Assembly: GCF_001194135.2 (NCBI RefSeq)
Contig: NC_068994.1
Coordinates: 58,915,421 to 58,979,420, forward strand
Reading direction: 5' to 3'
Length of the DNA stretch: 64,000 nt
Origin: Octopus bimaculoides
Taxonomy: Eukaryota
This document shows, piece by piece, positions 1 to 11,900 of the stretch. Within the stretch, counting starts at the first letter, position 1, and every line of letters begins with the position of its first letter. The notes beneath the pieces were generated by a model that saw only the letters and a program-made list of their open reading frames with translations, ran no database searches and was not told the DNA's origin. A program made the position numbers and the translations under genes.

Positions 1-100
1 TATATATATATATATATATACAAAATTAAGGATAAAATCACTTTAATGATTTACGTGGCCAGCGTGAAATAAAAAAAATATACCGATTACAATTTATACT

Positions 101-374
101 AATTTATAATGATATAATATAATTATATTGAAGGGTGCGGATGAACGCCACCAACACGCTAGAAATAGACGCCAAATGGCTCTAAAAACCATATCTACAG
201 TCCGTTAGCACAGGTTGTAAGCAGGCAGATGAAAAAGGAATAAGGCTTTTTTTATTTTATAACCTGTGCTATCGGAGTGTAGATGTGGTTTTTAGAACCA
301 TTTAGCGTCTATTTCTAGCGTATTGGTAGGGGTTTGTCCGCATCCGTCAATATAATTGTATTATATCATAAATT
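101..374. mobile_element. Foldback/MITE-like element with about 118-bp imperfect inverted arms
   Basis: 101-218 is complementary to 257-374 (e.g. ACGCTAGAAATAGACGC / GCGTCTATTTCTAGCGT). Confidence 0.75.
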
Positions 375-2089
375 AATATATATATATATATATATGCGTA
401 CATACATTCACACACACACACAAACCTGTACACATGCATACGCATACAGGCATACTTGTATTTAGTTTATTTGTTCATACCTAGATTGTCTTCTCCTACC
501 ACCCTTAAGCCCCCCTCAATATCTGGCTCCTCCCATATTACACCCCTCCCCTACCAATTCCCTCCCTACTCGCTTTATTTCCCTACACTTCAGCTAACTT
601 GCTTCTCCCTCCCACTTTAATGCATTTCTCCTCCCACCTATATAAACATATCCTATCTAAACTTAGCTCCACCCAGCCTCTTTTGTCCCGCCCACTACTG
701 CTTTCCGCTGCTACCCATTGCTAACCAGTTGTTCTTTTCCTCTCATGAAAATTTCGTATTGTGATGCTTTAACTTCCTTCCTTCCGTCCTTCCTTCATCC
801 TTTCTCTTTCTTTCTTTCTTTCTTTCTTTCGTATTCATTTATTTGCATCAATTCCATACTCTCTCTCTCTCTTTCTTTCTTTCTTTATATTTACTTATTT
901 CTTTCTCTATTCCCCCCCCCCGCCACTCCGTATACTCAACCACCCGAATACTTTCCACGCCTTTCTTCTCTCACCAATCCCTTACTTTCTTTTTACACCC
1001 CCACCCCCACCTTTCCTTCTTAATTCCTCTCCCGTCTCTTTCAGAGACATGCTCCGATTATCATCCATTCTTAAGTTTGTGCAAATCCTTCCGCCCCAGT
1101 AACCAGCTCCTTCCTTCCTACCACCAGGCTGAGCAACGGTAAGAACACTCACAAAATCATGTCTTAAAAACTGAGGGACACCTTGGACAATGCCGTCATA
1201 GATATACAATAAATGGGATAGTCATGGCTGGAACGCATTTAATCATAGGTCTGTAGGACTATGGATAACCTTGAGTTAAACAACCACCGTCTAAGACTTC
1301 CTGCGACGACCACAACAACACCAATCAAACCACGCCCCTTTTCCCACCGCTTAGCTCCTCCCATACATCACACATTTTTCTCTTGTCTCATTCCTGTCAG
1401 CAATCTTCCAAACTTATTTTTCTCATTTACACCTAACAACAGGAAGAGTAAAAATATGAAAGCAGTGCATCGGTAGATATAATAGAGCGCTTCAGTTCCC
1501 CATTCGCCCAGCCGAAGTTGGCCGGGTGCCTGAAACGGGTGGGAGCAGCAAAGTAGGAAGTTATCCCCAAACTTGGGCCCTGGTATTACGTTAAGAATAG
1601 TCCCCCACCCCAACTCTTTCTCTCTCTCTCTCTCTCTCTCTCTNNNNNNNNNNNNNNNNNNNNNNNNNNNNNNNNNNNNNNNNNNNNNNNNNNNNNNNNN
1701 NNNNNNNNNNNNNNNNNNNNNNNNNNNNNNNNNNNNNNNNNNNNNNNNNNACACACACACACACACAGACAATAGCAACAACGATCCATCCAATATGTTT
1801 CCGTCAGCAAAATTTCAGCCACAAAGCTTTGGTCGGCCTAAGATCTGTGGTAGGAGAAACTTTCCCAAGGCGCCGCGCTGTAGGATTGAATCTGTCACAT
1901 GATCAACGAAACTCACTGCAGGAATAGCGAGTATTTATGTATAAATAGTTTACACACACACATACAAATATATGTATGTATGTAAGTCCGTGTGTGTGTG
2001 TGCTCTTTTTAATTTAGAGTAAATTTTGACCTTGATAGCAATGTTGTAAAGGAAAGCATTTTGTTTTAACCATTGTCCTTATAATCTTT

Positions 2090-3700
2090 AGAAAGTCTTG
2101 CAGATTTTTATAGTTTCCAAATATGGTGATCATTTGCAGTGTGTGAATTAAGGATTTGCGTTCTCTCCCCAATTTCCCAAGTTCAATCATACTTTGCTCC
2201 AGGCGGGTCGGTACATATCCTGTTGCTCCAATGATAGTGTATCTTACGTCCTGGATTTACAAACTCCTTATCAATGGTCTTTAGATGTACTCTTTCTCGT
2301 ATTTTTTCTAACCACATTGGTGTCCAGGAGTATTTTTTGTTGTGGTCCCACACAACATTATCTGACCGGTCGTGTTTCCTCTTCGTGGCTGGTTTTGTTC
2401 TGACCACCGCATCATGCCTCATGGGAAGATAGTATCTGGAAGACATTCTTTCGTAATTGGCAAATAATATGGTTGTCATCATTTTTAATTTCGCACTGCC
2501 TGCATTTGTCGTCCGTCAATGTTTTCCACCTTTTGTACTGCAGGTTGAGATCTCTTGTTCTTAAGGCGCATGCAGATGACCTTCATACTTAATGTAACAT
2601 ATCATTTGTAACTTCATTTGCATTTGGGTTGCTCTTTAAGATTTATTTTCAAATTTCTGAATGCTTGAAACGAACGAAAACCCATAGAGCCATATTCAAC
2701 TCAACATGAAAGCGTCCTAAAAGGAGAACAGCTACACGAAACCAATCCGAGAACTTCACTACCAAAACTAGTGACCACCTCCTTCGAGTGCATATTCAGA
2801 CATGATGTCTATTCATCTCCACAATTATTACTACCTTCACTTTGCTTTCAGTGAATTTACTATCAACTTTCTATGTGGCAAATGAAAAAGCTTCAGGTTT
2901 AAACAAACCAAGACAAAACTATCTGCCTTTAACTCACTTCATCTTATTTAAAACCTTTTTCAGCAAAGCCATCAAGCAGAAGGGAACTTCCCATTTTTCC
3001 TTGCAAAAGAAATGTCGATCTTTAAGACAGTTGAGTTGACGGGCAGGGTATCCAGCTTCTAGATGCCCGATTTTTGTGGGAAAAAAAACATACCTGGGCA
3101 AATAGAAGCCACAACTAAACATCGTCAACAAGTCTCTATAGATGTGACTCTTCAACACATGCCAGAGCATCATAAATCAGAGAACCGGAGGCTTTCACTC
3201 GAACAATATTGGCAGCAAATAGATTTTTATAATCAAAGGAAGTCATTTCTTCCACATGAAGCATGAGAGAAGACGTTCGAATCTGGTTAAATTCAACCAG
3301 AAACAAAGTCCTACAGTTATTCACCACCTTTGCCCGACATTTTAGGAATAATTTCCCCTCTATCAGTTTCAGGATGAGACTGGAAACCCTGCTCGGAACT
3401 TCTTCCAATTCTTATCCAGCTGAAGATTTGAACCAAACCTTCAGTCTTGCAACAGAGAATCTTCGGTGTAGACTGATCTCTCCAGGAATCGAGTTCCAAA
3501 CTCACACGCCACCTTGTCCCCGTTTATACCTTCAGTATGTTTTCTGTTCCCTCGATTTTCGAGATATTCGAAAACATGACAGGGACGTTCCTACATTGAC
3601 AAGGTTCTCTTGTGTTTCATTTGGGGACAAAGTGCCTCCAAAATTAATGATAAATAATCATTCCTAAGATAGGCTTTTTGATAAAATATGTCGCTAATTT
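2090..3700 (-). mobile_element. Degraded R4/Dong-like non-LTR retrotransposon (RLE endonuclease C-terminus)
   Basis: Minus-strand remnants RSDNVVWD (RPD.VVWD) and TIIGATGYVPTRLEQSMIELG...LIHTLQMITIFG; many stops and frameshifts. Confidence 0.55.
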
Positions 3701-3851
3701 CATCGTCTCAAGTATTTTATGTTAATCCACTGGAAAGATGCAGTGCTAAGTCTACCTTGGCGTGGAATTCGAACACAAAAAGTAAAAAGACTACACAAGA
3801 CATTTTGTCTGCAGTTCTACTGATTTTGAAAATCAACGGTTTAATTAAGAA

Positions 3852-3879
<28 letters not shown>

Positions 3880-3908
<29 letters not shown>

Positions 3909-4059
3909 TGGTGGTAGCAATGATAGTTTTAATATATTAATCATTTAGAGCGGAAGTAATCAAATACTTCCTTAATATAATGACTGGAACATTTCTCTAC
4001 GTATGCACATGTTGTACAAATACACTCATGCATGCATATATACATATATATATCTTATA

Positions 4060-4091
<32 letters not shown>

Positions 4092-4404
4092 NNNNNNNNN
4101 NNNNNNNNNNNNNNNNNNNNNNNNNNNNNNNNNNNNNNNNNNNNNNNNNNNNNNNNNNNNNNNNNNNNNNNNNNNNNNNNNNNNNNNNNNNNNNNNNNNN
4201 NNNNNNNNNNNNNNNNNNNNNNNNNNNNNNNNNNNNNNNNNNNNNNNNNNNNNNNNNNNNNNNNNNNNNNNNNNNNNNNNNNNNNNNNNNNNNNNNNNNN
4301 NNNNNNNNNNNNNNNNNNNNNNNNNNNNNNNNNNNNNNNNNNNNNNNNNNNNNNNNNNNNNNNNNNNNNNNNNNNNNNNNNNNNNNNNNNNNNNNNNNNN
4401 NNNN

Positions 4405-4437
<33 letters not shown>

Positions 4438-4588
4438 TGGTGGTAGCAATGATAGTTTTAATATATTAATCATTTAGAGCGGAAGTAATCAAATACTTCC
4501 TTAATATAATGACTGGAACATTTCTCTACGTATGCACATGTTGTACAAATACACTCATGCATGCATATATACATATATATATCTTATA

Positions 4589-4620
<32 letters not shown>
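3880..4620. other. Identical about 210-bp duplication flanking an N gap (probable assembly artefact)
   Basis: About 3880-4091 is repeated at 4404-4620, bounded by (TAG)n and (TA)n. Confidence 0.8.
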
Positions 4621-4631
<11 letters not shown>

Positions 4632-4679
4632 ATTATTATTATTATCATTTTATATATTACATATTGAATATATAGATCT

Positions 4680-4918
4680 CTGCAGCATCTGGCAACATGG
4701 CAAAATCTCAACAGGGTAGTGTAAAGTGGGGGTGCACATCTTGCAAGAAATAAAACTCCGCGTCTTGAATGCTTGGCATGGCAGATTGTTGCGGCACATT
4801 CAAGGAAAGGGGACATCAAAAAATGGTCTAATTAATCTTTTTGGTGCTAAACCGCGCCATTCATGCTAAATTGACTTGATCTCCCTCTGTAATATGCGGA
4901 TTCTCATGTCCCTACGAG
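4680..4918 (+). promoter_or_regulatory. Candidate glass promoter / first (5'UTR) exon
   Basis: Unique, higher-GC block between microsatellites, upstream of the strong acceptor at 5257. Contains E-box CATCTG (4686), homeodomain-like TAATTAATC (about 4829) and a possible weak donor GAG|GTGCAG at 4919. Confidence 0.4.
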
Positions 4919-5264
4919 GTGCAGTTGTGGCGGTTAATAGTCATATACATATGCACACACGCACACAGCATGTACACCATGAGGCACATGCCCTACAGTA
5001 GATTCGAACTCACAACCACTGATTCCCATTTTCTTTTCATCTTAAAGTATGAATGTTTTTCCTTTCCCTACTCACCCTCACACACCCATTCATATTTCCA
5101 CATACACTTAGTTTCACTTTCACTTTGTTCACCTACCCTCACACTCATTCCGCTGCGTTCGATCACATTCTCACTTACAGTCCCACTCAGAACCATAAAG
5201 CCATTCTTACTCCAAATCACATTCGTACTCAATCTCCAATTTTGTTTTCTTTTGCAGTAGCGTC

Positions 5265-5470
5265 ATGATGGAAACATCATACCTACCAAACCAACAGAAC
5301 TACTCGGACTTCTGGCGGACAAGCCCCGTGGGTAAGGCAGCCCCACCTACTGCAGACATGGGCCGCGGCACCACCCTTGACCTTAACATCAACTCCTACT
5401 CAGTTTCAACTCTTGACCTTGATTCCATGCCAAATATGTTGTCTTTCTCTCCTTGCACACCCACTTACAA
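5265..5470 (+). CDS. gl: glass first coding exon ([11 protein letters not shown]...CTPTY)
   Basis: Strong acceptor TTTTGTTTTCTTTTGCAG ends at 5257, ATGATG at 5265, donor AA|GTAAGT at 5471. Confidence 0.85.
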
Positions 5471-8087
5471 GTAAGTATTAAGAGTCGGTCTCACTCACTA
5501 TCTCTGTGTGTGTGCGTGTGTGTGTGTTTGATGCTTAAAATAGAAATGAAAAATCATTTACATTATTTACATTTGACGGATATTTGTCCTCATCTTGTTG
5601 TTAACACAACGTTTCGGCTGATATACCCTCCAGCCTTCATCAGGTATATGGCGTCGTGGTTAAGAGCGCGGGCTGCTAACCCAAAGATTCCGAGTTCGAT
5701 TCCAGGCAGTGTCGTGAATAATAATAATAAAAATGATAATAATAATAATTATTATTATTACTATTATTATTATTATTATTATTATAACATCAAAAAATAC
5801 CTTAGGAATGAGAACCCAGGTTCGAAATTTCCCGAAGACACCTGATGAAGGCTGGAGGGTATATCAGCCGAAACGTTGTGTTAACAACAAACAAGATGAG
5901 GACAAATATCCATCAATTGTAAATAATGTAAATCTCTTAAATATAGAACTGTAGAAAGGAAAAAGTCTTAAAGTACGTGTGAGACGAAAATTGATGAAGA
6001 TAAGAGATGAAAAACTACAAGGAGTTAAAGGTTAGGGGCCAGGTGCGAATGTGGTTGTGTGGAAGGAGTTAAGAAGAGAGGAAAGAGAGGACGGGTGTGT
6101 ACACGTATAGGGGTGTATCCATGTTTTGATATATGTCATAAGAATGGAGTGCTGTGTGTGTGTTTGTATGCGTGTGAGGGTGTATATGCAGAGGTGTGCG
6201 ACTACGGATGTAAAGTGAGATGGGTTATAGTCAGGGTTTGGGGCGTTGTGTTGAGTGAATGTGAGGAAAGCGTGGCAGAAGGAGTTTGAAGTAAGAAGGA
6301 TTGTGAAGGAAATACAGGGATGCGAGAAGCTGGAATGGGGGGGGGGCAAAGAAGTTATGGACAAGAGAAGAGCAAGAAGGTCCAATGCTATTTTATTCTG
6401 TGAAAAGAAAATTATTGAGGTTGGTGGCGATGAATGCGATGGAGGTGAATGTAAAACGGGAGAGAGAAGAGAAAGAGGAGAAAAGAATGAGTAAATGGAC
6501 GAACGAGTTGAAGGAGAGAAGTGAGAGAAAATTCACAGAAAATTGGGGATGGGGAAAAATTAAAGAAATCTTGTTTTTCTGAAATCACTGAAAAGTGTCC
6601 GAAATATCTCTGTCTGTAGAATTATCAAAGATTTAATTCTGAGTTTAGTTGTTCAGGGAAACAGAGAAATCATTTACAATAAAGTATTCAAATTATTGAC
6701 ACTGAACGATTCACATTTTAACAAAACACACACACACACACACACACACACATTGTTTACCGTAATATTTGCTTGCTTCCAGTTATTAAATAAAAACTTT
6801 TATCGCAGAAGTATTGTTTTACTTTTGATATTCGATTCTTACTCTAAACGTTCGATTCGTTTCAGAGACTTCTCGGTTTTCAAAGAAAAATCCTCGCACG
6901 ACATCGCAGATGCCCTTCTCTCACTGAAACACGCCGTGGTTCGGCCTCAACTGAACGGCCAGTTAGCTCCCATGTCTCCACCTATCCAACACATCAACCA
7001 GCAGACGATGGGTCCAGCTCAAATGAACCACACACAAACATCTCCACCGATCAACTACACCGTGAATCACCACCACCACCACCCTCACCACCCTCACCAC
7101 CCTCACCAAGCCCAGCATGTCTTGTCCAACATGGCATATACGGGTTCTACAGCTGCTCAGTACACTCCAGCTTATACCGAACCCCAGAACCAGAACACAT
7201 CGGCGCAGGCCCAAGCGAACATGTTCCCATCAATGAGTGTTAACGTGTCAATGAGCATGAACGTGGGTGTTCCCCCTACGTTGGCTCCCAATCACCAATA
7301 CAATGCAGTACAACAATGGACAGGGCAACCGCAGAACCCCCTCGGTCAGTATGGCGGGCACGCTCCCACGCTTCAGCCTCAGTATGGTACATACACTGGA
7401 CAATCACATCCTTACACTGCGTCCTATTCACTGTCGACGGATCTTAGGGCCATGGCGGACAGCAGAAACATCATTTACAAGTCTTCTGATTCATTCAAGC
7501 AGGCGTCACGTTTTTGTGGCATGAACCACTTCAAGAGAACTAAACTTATGTCCGGGGGGCGGCAAACCCCTTGCTCGCCGAACATCGGTGGGGGTGTTAG
7601 TGTTGGTGTTGGTAATATCGGTGTAAGCAATCCAAACGGTGCCGTGGGTTCGGATACGGCACGTGTTAATCTCTGCCGGATCTGTGGAAAGACTTATGCA
7701 CGGCCCTCTACGCTGAAAACACACATGAGAACACATAGTGGTGAGAAACCGTATCGTTGCAGCACATGCAGTAAATCGTTTTCACAAGCAGCTAATCTCA
7801 CGGCACATATACGGACCCACTCGGGTGAAAAACCGTTTCGCTGTCCCATCTGCGATCGCCGTTTCTCTCAGAGTTCTTCGGTAACGACGCACATGCGCAC
7901 TCACTCCGGAGAGCGTCCTTATCGTTGTAGGATGTGCAAGAAAGCCTTTTCAGACAGTTCTACATTGACCAAACATGTGAGAATTCACAGCGGAGAGAAA
8001 CCCTACCAGTGTAAGCTTTGCTTGCTCCGCTTCTCTCAGTCAGGCAATCTCAATCGACACATGCGCGTTCACGCCAACGCCACGTAA
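5265..8087 (+). CDS. gl: Glass C2H2 zinc-finger transcription factor (5 fingers), join(5265..5470,6866..8087), 475 aa
   Basis: The C-terminal fingers ([29 protein letters not shown]...[11 protein letters not shown]...[23 protein letters not shown]...[10 protein letters not shown]...[23 protein letters not shown]) are near-identical to the Drosophila Glass array as I recall it. The phase-2 intron GTAAGT(5471)...TTCAG(6865) joins TPTY-K-DFSVF in frame. Confidence 0.95.
5603..5645 (-). ncRNA. Second, antisense copy of the hammerhead motif (5' arm of stem I shortened)
   Basis: Reverse complement of the same core and stem II. Confidence 0.45.
5837..5882 (+). ncRNA. Minimal type I hammerhead ribozyme motif
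   Basis: GACAC-CTGATGA-A-GGCTG(GAGGGTATAT)CAGCC-GAAA-CG-T-T-GTGTT: catalytic core, 5-bp stem II, stem I GACAC/GTGTT, loopless palindromic stem III. Confidence 0.6.
6866..8087 (+). CDS. gl: glass second coding exon ([14 protein letters not shown] motif, His tract, 5 zinc fingers, stop)
   Basis: Acceptor TTCGTTTCAG at 6865; open to TAA at 8085-8087. Confidence 0.95.
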
Positions 8088-8295
8088 AAGAAGGAAAGAG
8101 AAGACGTAGCAGCAGAAAGACAAATGACTCTGTGGAGAGGGTTTAAACTGTAAAAGATGTTTGGCTAATAATGAGTAATTATCAAATTTATCATAATGAA
8201 ATAACAATGATAATACAACAGAGACAATCATCAATTTGAAAAAGAAACACACACACACATACGGAAATACACCACACATACATGCATACTTAAAT

Positions 8296-8338
<43 letters not shown>

Positions 8339-8501
8339 CATGCATGCATACATACACGCCTGACTATCGGGAACGTGAAACTAAGAGTTGTGACTTATGA
8401 AGTTGTAGTTCCGAAATCAGAACTATGAACTCTACTTCACATATTGAGTACTTTTTAGCTAGTTTGTAAACACNNNNNNNNNNNNNNNNNNNNNNNNNNN
8501 N

Positions 8502-8548
<47 letters not shown>

Positions 8549-9200
8549 CATACATACATACATACACATTATACATATATATTTATATATATAAACACAC
8601 TCATACTAATGTATATATATGTATATGTTTATATATTTATATCTACATGTATGTATACACACACAGATGGATTCGTTGCACACGTACATCATGATACTAT
8701 TCAAATAGGAACATCGGTTTAAGAAAAAAAATTAAAACCAAAAGAAAATCCTTTTAAAAATCTGTGCAAAACAATTCGAAACAATAAATAAATAAAAGCA
8801 AGCACAACAAAAAAAATTACAAGAATACACACACATATGTATATAAGTATACATGTGTGTGTGTGTGTGTGTGTATATATATTAATAAAATTAATTTGTT
8901 TCTCAATGACATGCCCTCTCTCATCAACGTCTGTCTTGGATTCTTGGTCAACTTGAATAGAGAAGGAAGAAGACGAAGATGTGAAGAAAATGCGAACCAT
9001 TAAGGTTATATATTTTATTGCGAGAGACAATATTTGAAGAGAACGTGGTCATTGAGTTGAGTGGAATACGACATGTATTTGACTAAGTTTTGAGTGATAA
9101 ATCAAATGAATTTAATTTATTCTGTCTATATTCATATCGAGAAAATAGAGACTGGATGCAGCACATGCACACATACATGCACACGCACACACACGAGTGG

Positions 9201-9261
<61 letters not shown>

Positions 9262-10441
9262 TATCTGTGTGTACATATACATATATATATATAAAAATAC
9301 GTAAATATATATAAAGACACGGGCATATATACATAAATATCAGCAGTTACACAGAAATAACCATCGGAATGCGAAGCAGCAAGATCGACAAAAACATGTG
9401 AAGTGATGGACTAAAGATTATTTTATCACGTGACAATCAACCTTCGTATTTCTTTCTTCCTTCTACGATAAATACACGCCATTTTGAAGAGTTCTTTGTC
9501 TTTCATTCTTTTATTCATTCATTTCTTTCCAACTATTTTGATGTTGTTGTTGTTGTTGTTGTAATTCTTCATGTTATTTTGATTTAGCTCTGGGTCTCAG
9601 ACCTGGTCAAACAGAAACTATCTGCATATGTACGCCAGTCAGAGAAACACGTTTGCAAGTGCTTTGTGTGTATAAGCCGTGTGAAATTGTCCGTCGTATT
9701 GCATCGCATTGTGTTAAAAATGTAATCTAGCAATTCGATAAATAGAGAACGATAAAATATGTAACAGATGAAATATGATTAATTTTTAGCCAATTATGAT
9801 CGACTAACAGACGCTGGAATAGAATGCTCCAGCATGGCTGCAGTCAGATGATTAAAAACAAAATAATAAAAGAATATAATTTTTACGTTTTTGTTATAGA
9901 CTTCAGACAGTCGTGTGGATAAAGCAATCGATTGCAAGCAGAGAGATAAGTGTTCGAATCCTGTCGACGGATCGTGTCATTTAATTTTTATGTAAAATAG
10001 ACATAGAAGTATACAATTATTGCAATGCCGAATACGGCGTCTTTGGTCATGCACGGTGACTCTCGCCATGGCACAGTGCTGCCAGAAATACATCATCTGT
10101 CGACTGCGAAACGGTTAGACTCAATGACCACCAGGTTTATAATGAAATATAACATCATGCAGCGTACTTTGGACTTATTTACCATGCAATCTCGGGTTCA
10201 ATCCCCCTGAGTGGCATCTTGAGCATGTGCCTTTATCATAGCCTCGTGGATAAATTGGTGGAGATGAAAACTATGTGAAACCCTCTGAAAGTACAGTACC
10301 TGTAATTCAAAGGTCAAACTGATTCTTCTTGAGAATTGCGTTAAGGGTACATATGTCTAAGGAATACTCGGCCACTTCGTATGCTAATTCAATAAGTGGG
10401 TCGAACTCGCCAGGAGTGTCTGTTATGTGGGAGTCTGTGTG

Positions 10442-10477
<36 letters not shown>

Positions 10478-10629
10478 AGAAACAAAGTCGTTATAATATG
10501 GATAAATGGTAATTAGAACCTAATTACCACACAGCACGTATTTGCCTCTGGATCCTTTCGATCCTTGTTGTAGTCGGTGGACCCTCATAACCATTCGATG
10601 TATGAAAAACCCAATTATTTTTTTTCGCC

Positions 10630-10929
10630 CTTTTAAAGCCTAGCCAGGCTCATGGGCCCGGTTTCCCGGTTTCTATGGTGTATGTGTCCCCCCCCCCTGG
10701 ACGGGACGTCAGTCCATCGCAGCGGTACTCAAGAAACAGGAAGAAAGAATGAGAGAAAGTTGGGGCGAAAGAGTACAACAGGGGTCGCCACCAACTCCTG
10801 CCGGAACCTCGTGGAGCTTTGTTAGGTGTTTTCGCTCAATAAACACTCACAACGCTCGGTCTGGGAATCGAAACCGCGATCCTCCGACCGCGAGTTCGCT
10901 GCCCTAACCACTGGACCATTGCGCCTCCA
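10630..10929 (-). mobile_element. tRNA-derived SINE, well preserved
   Basis: Minus-strand head GTGGAGGCGCAATGGTCCAGTGGTTAGGG...GGTTTCGATTCCC, then SINE body. Confidence 0.8.
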
Positions 10930-11539
10930 CATTATATTTTTTTATAATTGAGTAAAAAATTAAAAAATAAAAATTGTTAAAGTCTTTTGTGTCTTGCAAA
11001 AGTATAATCAATTTGTTGCAGACAAATTTTATCAACGAAATCGGTGCAACTCTCGTATGACAGCTACCTTGCTCTTTACGACCTACCGTAAATGACACTG
11101 CAACCCTACCAAACAACCCACTTACGGCCTTCAGCACTTAATTCCAGCCCATTTAGTTGTTCACAGTAGCACCATGGTGGACCAGAAGCGGTGTCCTTTT
11201 CGAGAGAGCTCAATCTTATTGACCAGGTAGGAAATGCTCAGGAAAAACGATAACCTGCTTATTGCTTCTTTTTTTTTTTCAATGATATCAAATCAGTTTA
11301 CAAACGTTAAAATCAATATTTGATTATTTTTATTTTATTTTATATAAAATAAGGTGTTAATGATTTTTAATGTTACGCTACAAACTGTTTATCATGCTCC
11401 TTTCCGTTTGTAGAATAAATATTTAATGGTTTTTAACATATTTTATGCTGCCAACAGTTGATAAATATCAGACTATATGTAATAGAAAACTTATAGATAT
11501 CATATTATAGTAGAAAATGGATGGTAGATATACTATTCA

Positions 11540-11900
11540 TTCATTCTTGCCTTTAACCCTCCAACGCGTAGTATAGGCCACTTATAATTGAATTCCATGT
11601 CGCATAATTTCTCGCTTCTGTACTTATACTCTGCCAGGAATGTCCCCCTTTCTCTAGTTCCTTTTGTGTTGTTCCACGCCACGAGTTCTTAGGCCTACCC
11701 CTCTTTCTATATCCATCCGGATTCCACTGTAGAGCACTTTTCGCTACATTTGGTGTGTCCTTTCTAATTGTGCTACCAATCCACTTCCACTTTTTCTTAA
11801 ATATTTGCTCCCTAATCGAAACTTGATTCATTTTTTGCCATAGTTCCATATTGCTTATGTGTTCGGGCTATCTGATTTTAAGTATACTACGCAATCACCT
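11540..11900 (-). mobile_element. RTE-clade LINE ORF2 3' fragment
   Basis: KWKWIGSTIRK...ALQWNPDGYRKRGRPKNSWR, the RTE C-terminal signature. Confidence 0.8.

Larger units (their letters stand above)
5572..5925. mobile_element. tRNA-headed SINE/Penelope-like element with inverted termini, each carrying a minimal hammerhead motif, in the glass coding intron
   Basis: 5572-5645 is the reverse complement of 5840-5915. A box TGGCGTCGTGG at 5649 and B box GAGTTCGATTCC at 5692 lie between the two copies. Confidence 0.7.

Noticed and set aside
3880-4620. Duplicated about 210-bp enhancer-like block upstream of glass
   Set aside because: Identical copies flank a gap and end in microsatellites; most likely an assembly artefact.
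4880-4918. Coding upstream glass exon in the CGFSCPYE frame
   Set aside because: There is no in-frame ATG after the stop at 4877, and splicing gives a stop or the wrong frame relative to glass.
5645-5710. tRNA genes here and at about 9910, 10860-10929, 24590 and 25820
   Set aside because: Only A/B boxes are retained, no full cloverleaf is evident, and they run into SINE bodies.
6696-6865. N-terminal 57 aa of the 463-aa ORF ([16 protein letters not shown]...)
   Set aside because: It starts at TTG, crosses a (CA)n repeat and is intronic; the real exon starts at the acceptor 6865/6866.
7670-8087. Member of the cephalopod-expanded C2H2 ZNF clusters
   Set aside because: Only five fingers, single copy, and the sequence matches the conserved Glass array.
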